Shown in pieces: positions 62,260-64,000 of a stretch of DNA of 64,000 nucleotides. The position numbers were made by a program, and so were the translations under genes. The stretch's first letter is position 1, and each line of letters starts with the position of its first letter. Source of the stretch: a virus; IMG/VR virus record IMGVR_UViG_3300020581_000002, positions 3,247 through 67,246 of that record; one strand, given 5' to 3'. Below the pieces are notes generated by a model. It made no database searches, was not told the origin of the DNA, and was given only the letters and a program-made list of their open reading frames with translations.

Positions 62260-64000
62260 CAGCCACGATACCCCACCACGTCCTCGCCCAGCATAATCGA
62301 CACCAACGACGCATCCGCCGCGTTAGTCTTCCACGTCATCCCGGTCAGCTCGCCCACCTGCCCCACCGCTTGCGGCGGCACCACAAAATAACCAGTCGCG
62401 GCCGGACCGGCAATCGTGTAGGTCACCGAATTAGCCGGTGCCTGCTGGTCCACGATCGCAGTCAGATTAGGAGAAACAACGCTATCGTACTTGGCAAGAC
62501 CCCACAGGCGCGTCGCGGCTTTCTTGAACAAGAAACCACCGGGCGCCTCCCACAATTTGGTCTGTACCGTCTTCTGGAAGCCCGCCGAGGGAACCGCGAA
62601 CAGCGGCTTGATCGTGATGCCGTCAGTTCCATAGGTCGTGATCTGCGACTGGATTTCCTGATGCTTCACGTAGATCAGCATCATACTTTGCTGCGACGCG
62701 AACCACTCCTTCTCGTGGTAAAGAAACAGCTTGTTGACGGTCGCGCCCGACACCGGATCCACGATCGCCGCCAGCACCACAATCGCCTTCTTGGAACCGA
62801 AGATCGTCGCCTGCGCAGCCGACGGCTGCATGCCAAAGTTGTAGCCGTTCGCCAGCGTCGCAACCGTGTTCCACACGCCATCCAGCTCGTGGCTGATCTT
62901 CTCGACGTTGCCGCCACGAATAACGTGCACGCCAAAGGCGTTCGCAAACAGCACGTCGCGCCCAAAACTTTCTACCGACGCCGGGAACGGCGTGCCGGTC
63001 TGCGTGTCGGCATTGAGGTTCGAGAAGGTCGTGGTCGGCGGCGTCCCCGTCGTCTGCACACCGCTGATGTAATTGACCGATGAGTCGCCGATCGCCCACA
63101 AGTAAGCGTTCGCCTGGATGAACTTGGAGTAATTGACGCGCAAGACCGAGTCGGCCGACGTGGTGTTGCCCCCACCATCCGAGGTCGCGAAGTCAGTGAG
63201 TGAACCGGGAGCGCTCCAGTAATAGGTCGCCCCATTCGCGACCCACGCATGCCCCTGGTAGATCTCGACCGTCGTCCCCTGGATCGCAAAAGGCATGAGC
63301 GAGATAGTTGCGGTTGCCTGGACCGCTGCGTCATTTATCGCAAGCGTAGGAGGCGTATTGGTACCATAAAGACCGGCCCCGACAATAGTTACGCCTGTAA
63401 TGACGCCGCCGGAGATCACCGGCTGCAACGTCGCCTGCGCAACCGGCGAGCCACCGCCCGACGCCGTGATCTTGGTCGAGGGCGAGTAGCCCGTACCAGT
63501 CGGCGTCCCGGTGACGCTACTGACATAAAATCCTGCACCGTTATCCGTGACCGTCACAGTTGGTGGCGTAGAAGACGTGTATTCGTTATGTCCACTAAAA
63601 CCGTTAGGAACAGGAACCGCACCTGTTATAATACCTCCCACTATCGTCAACTGTACAGCAGGAACGCTTCCTGGGTTATTAAAGGGATTTCCGCCAGAGA
63701 GAGAAGCCGTGGTATTACTGCTGTATCCACTCCCGCCGTTGTTCACCGTAATGCTACTAACAAAGAAAATACCGCCGCCACGGGCTGTCATAACAGCCGT
63801 CAACACGGCGCCAGACCCACCCGCTTGATGACTTAGCACCGCCGTGAGAGACGCTCCAGTGCCAGTCGAAGCTCCTCCAGTCAGCGTGAGCGTCGGCGTA
63901 TCGCCAGCAATATATCCAGTTCCCGGATTGAGCACCGTGATGCCGGTAACCTGCCCATTGCTGACAGTCGCCGCGAATGTCGCCCCCGTACCATGACCGC
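62259..64000 (-). CDS. Tail tubular/nozzle protein (P22 gp10-like by position), 5' end outside the window
   Basis: Frame extends upstream of the called start toward the window edge; GSGY/GTGY repeats, then YWSAPGS..DF, beta-propeller-like strands, VQTKLW. Confidence 0.7.
   Translation of the reverse strand, partial: GHGTGATFAATVSNGQVTGITVLNPGTGYIAGDTPTLTLTGGASTGTGASLTAVLSHQAGGSGAVLTAVMTARGGGIFFVSSITVNNGGSGYSSNTTASLSGGNPFNNPGSVPAVQLTIVGGIITGAVPVPNGFSGHNEYTSSTPPTVTVTDNGAGFYVSSVTGTPTGTGYSPSTKITASGGGSPVAQATLQPVISGGVITGVTIVGAGLYGTNTPPTLAINDAAVQATATISLMPFAIQGTTVEIYQGHAWVANGATYYWSAPGSLTDFATSDGGGNTTSADSVLRVNYSKFIQANAYLWAIGDSSVNYISGVQTTGTPPTTTFSNLNADTQTGTPFPASVESFGRDVLFANAFGVHVIRGGNVEKISHELDGVWNTVATLANGYNFGMQPSAAQATIFGSKKAIVVLAAIVDPVSGATVNKLFLYHEKEWFASQQSMMLIYVKHQEIQSQITTYGTDGITIKPLFAVPSAGFQKTVQTKLWEAPGGFLFKKAATRLWGLAKYDSVVSPNLTAIVDQQAPANSVTYTIAGPAATGYFVVPPQAVGQVGELTGMTWKTNAADASLVSIMLGEDVVGYRG

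Overview
The window is nearly all of a GC-rich, podovirus-type tailed phage genome, probably infecting an alphaproteobacterium (inference). It starts and ends inside the virion module. Minus-strand head genes (capsid, scaffold, portal, terminase; 1-8.5 kb) are preceded by an accessory block with KTSC, HiPIP, a serine recombinase, a four-gene glycosylation cluster, DnaJ and HNH genes (8.6-20 kb). Next come a DUF932 early operon, an iteron/IHF origin and a Prim-Pol/VirE replicase (21-25.7 kb). A plus-strand replication block follows (family A DNA polymerase, PD-(D/E)XK nuclease, VRR-NUC, DNA methyltransferase, SNF2 helicase; 26-37.8 kb), then minus-strand lysis, tail/adhesin, ejection and tail-tube genes (37.8-64 kb). 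The strongest unexplained signal is eight tail-module proteins with Sec-type signal peptides, seven of them with even cysteine counts and two with signal-less paralogs. Other notable items: a possible virion-glycosylation pathway, a 70-nt tRNA-like element (G3.U70 acceptor, CAU loop) in a hairpin array, a signal-less HiPIP, a +1 frameshift in the polymerase ExoI motif, a thrice-repeated TGTAGT-N7-ACTACA operator, two anti-SD sRNA candidates and a 14-aa Arg-rich peptide. All assignments come from manual motif reading; no searches were run.
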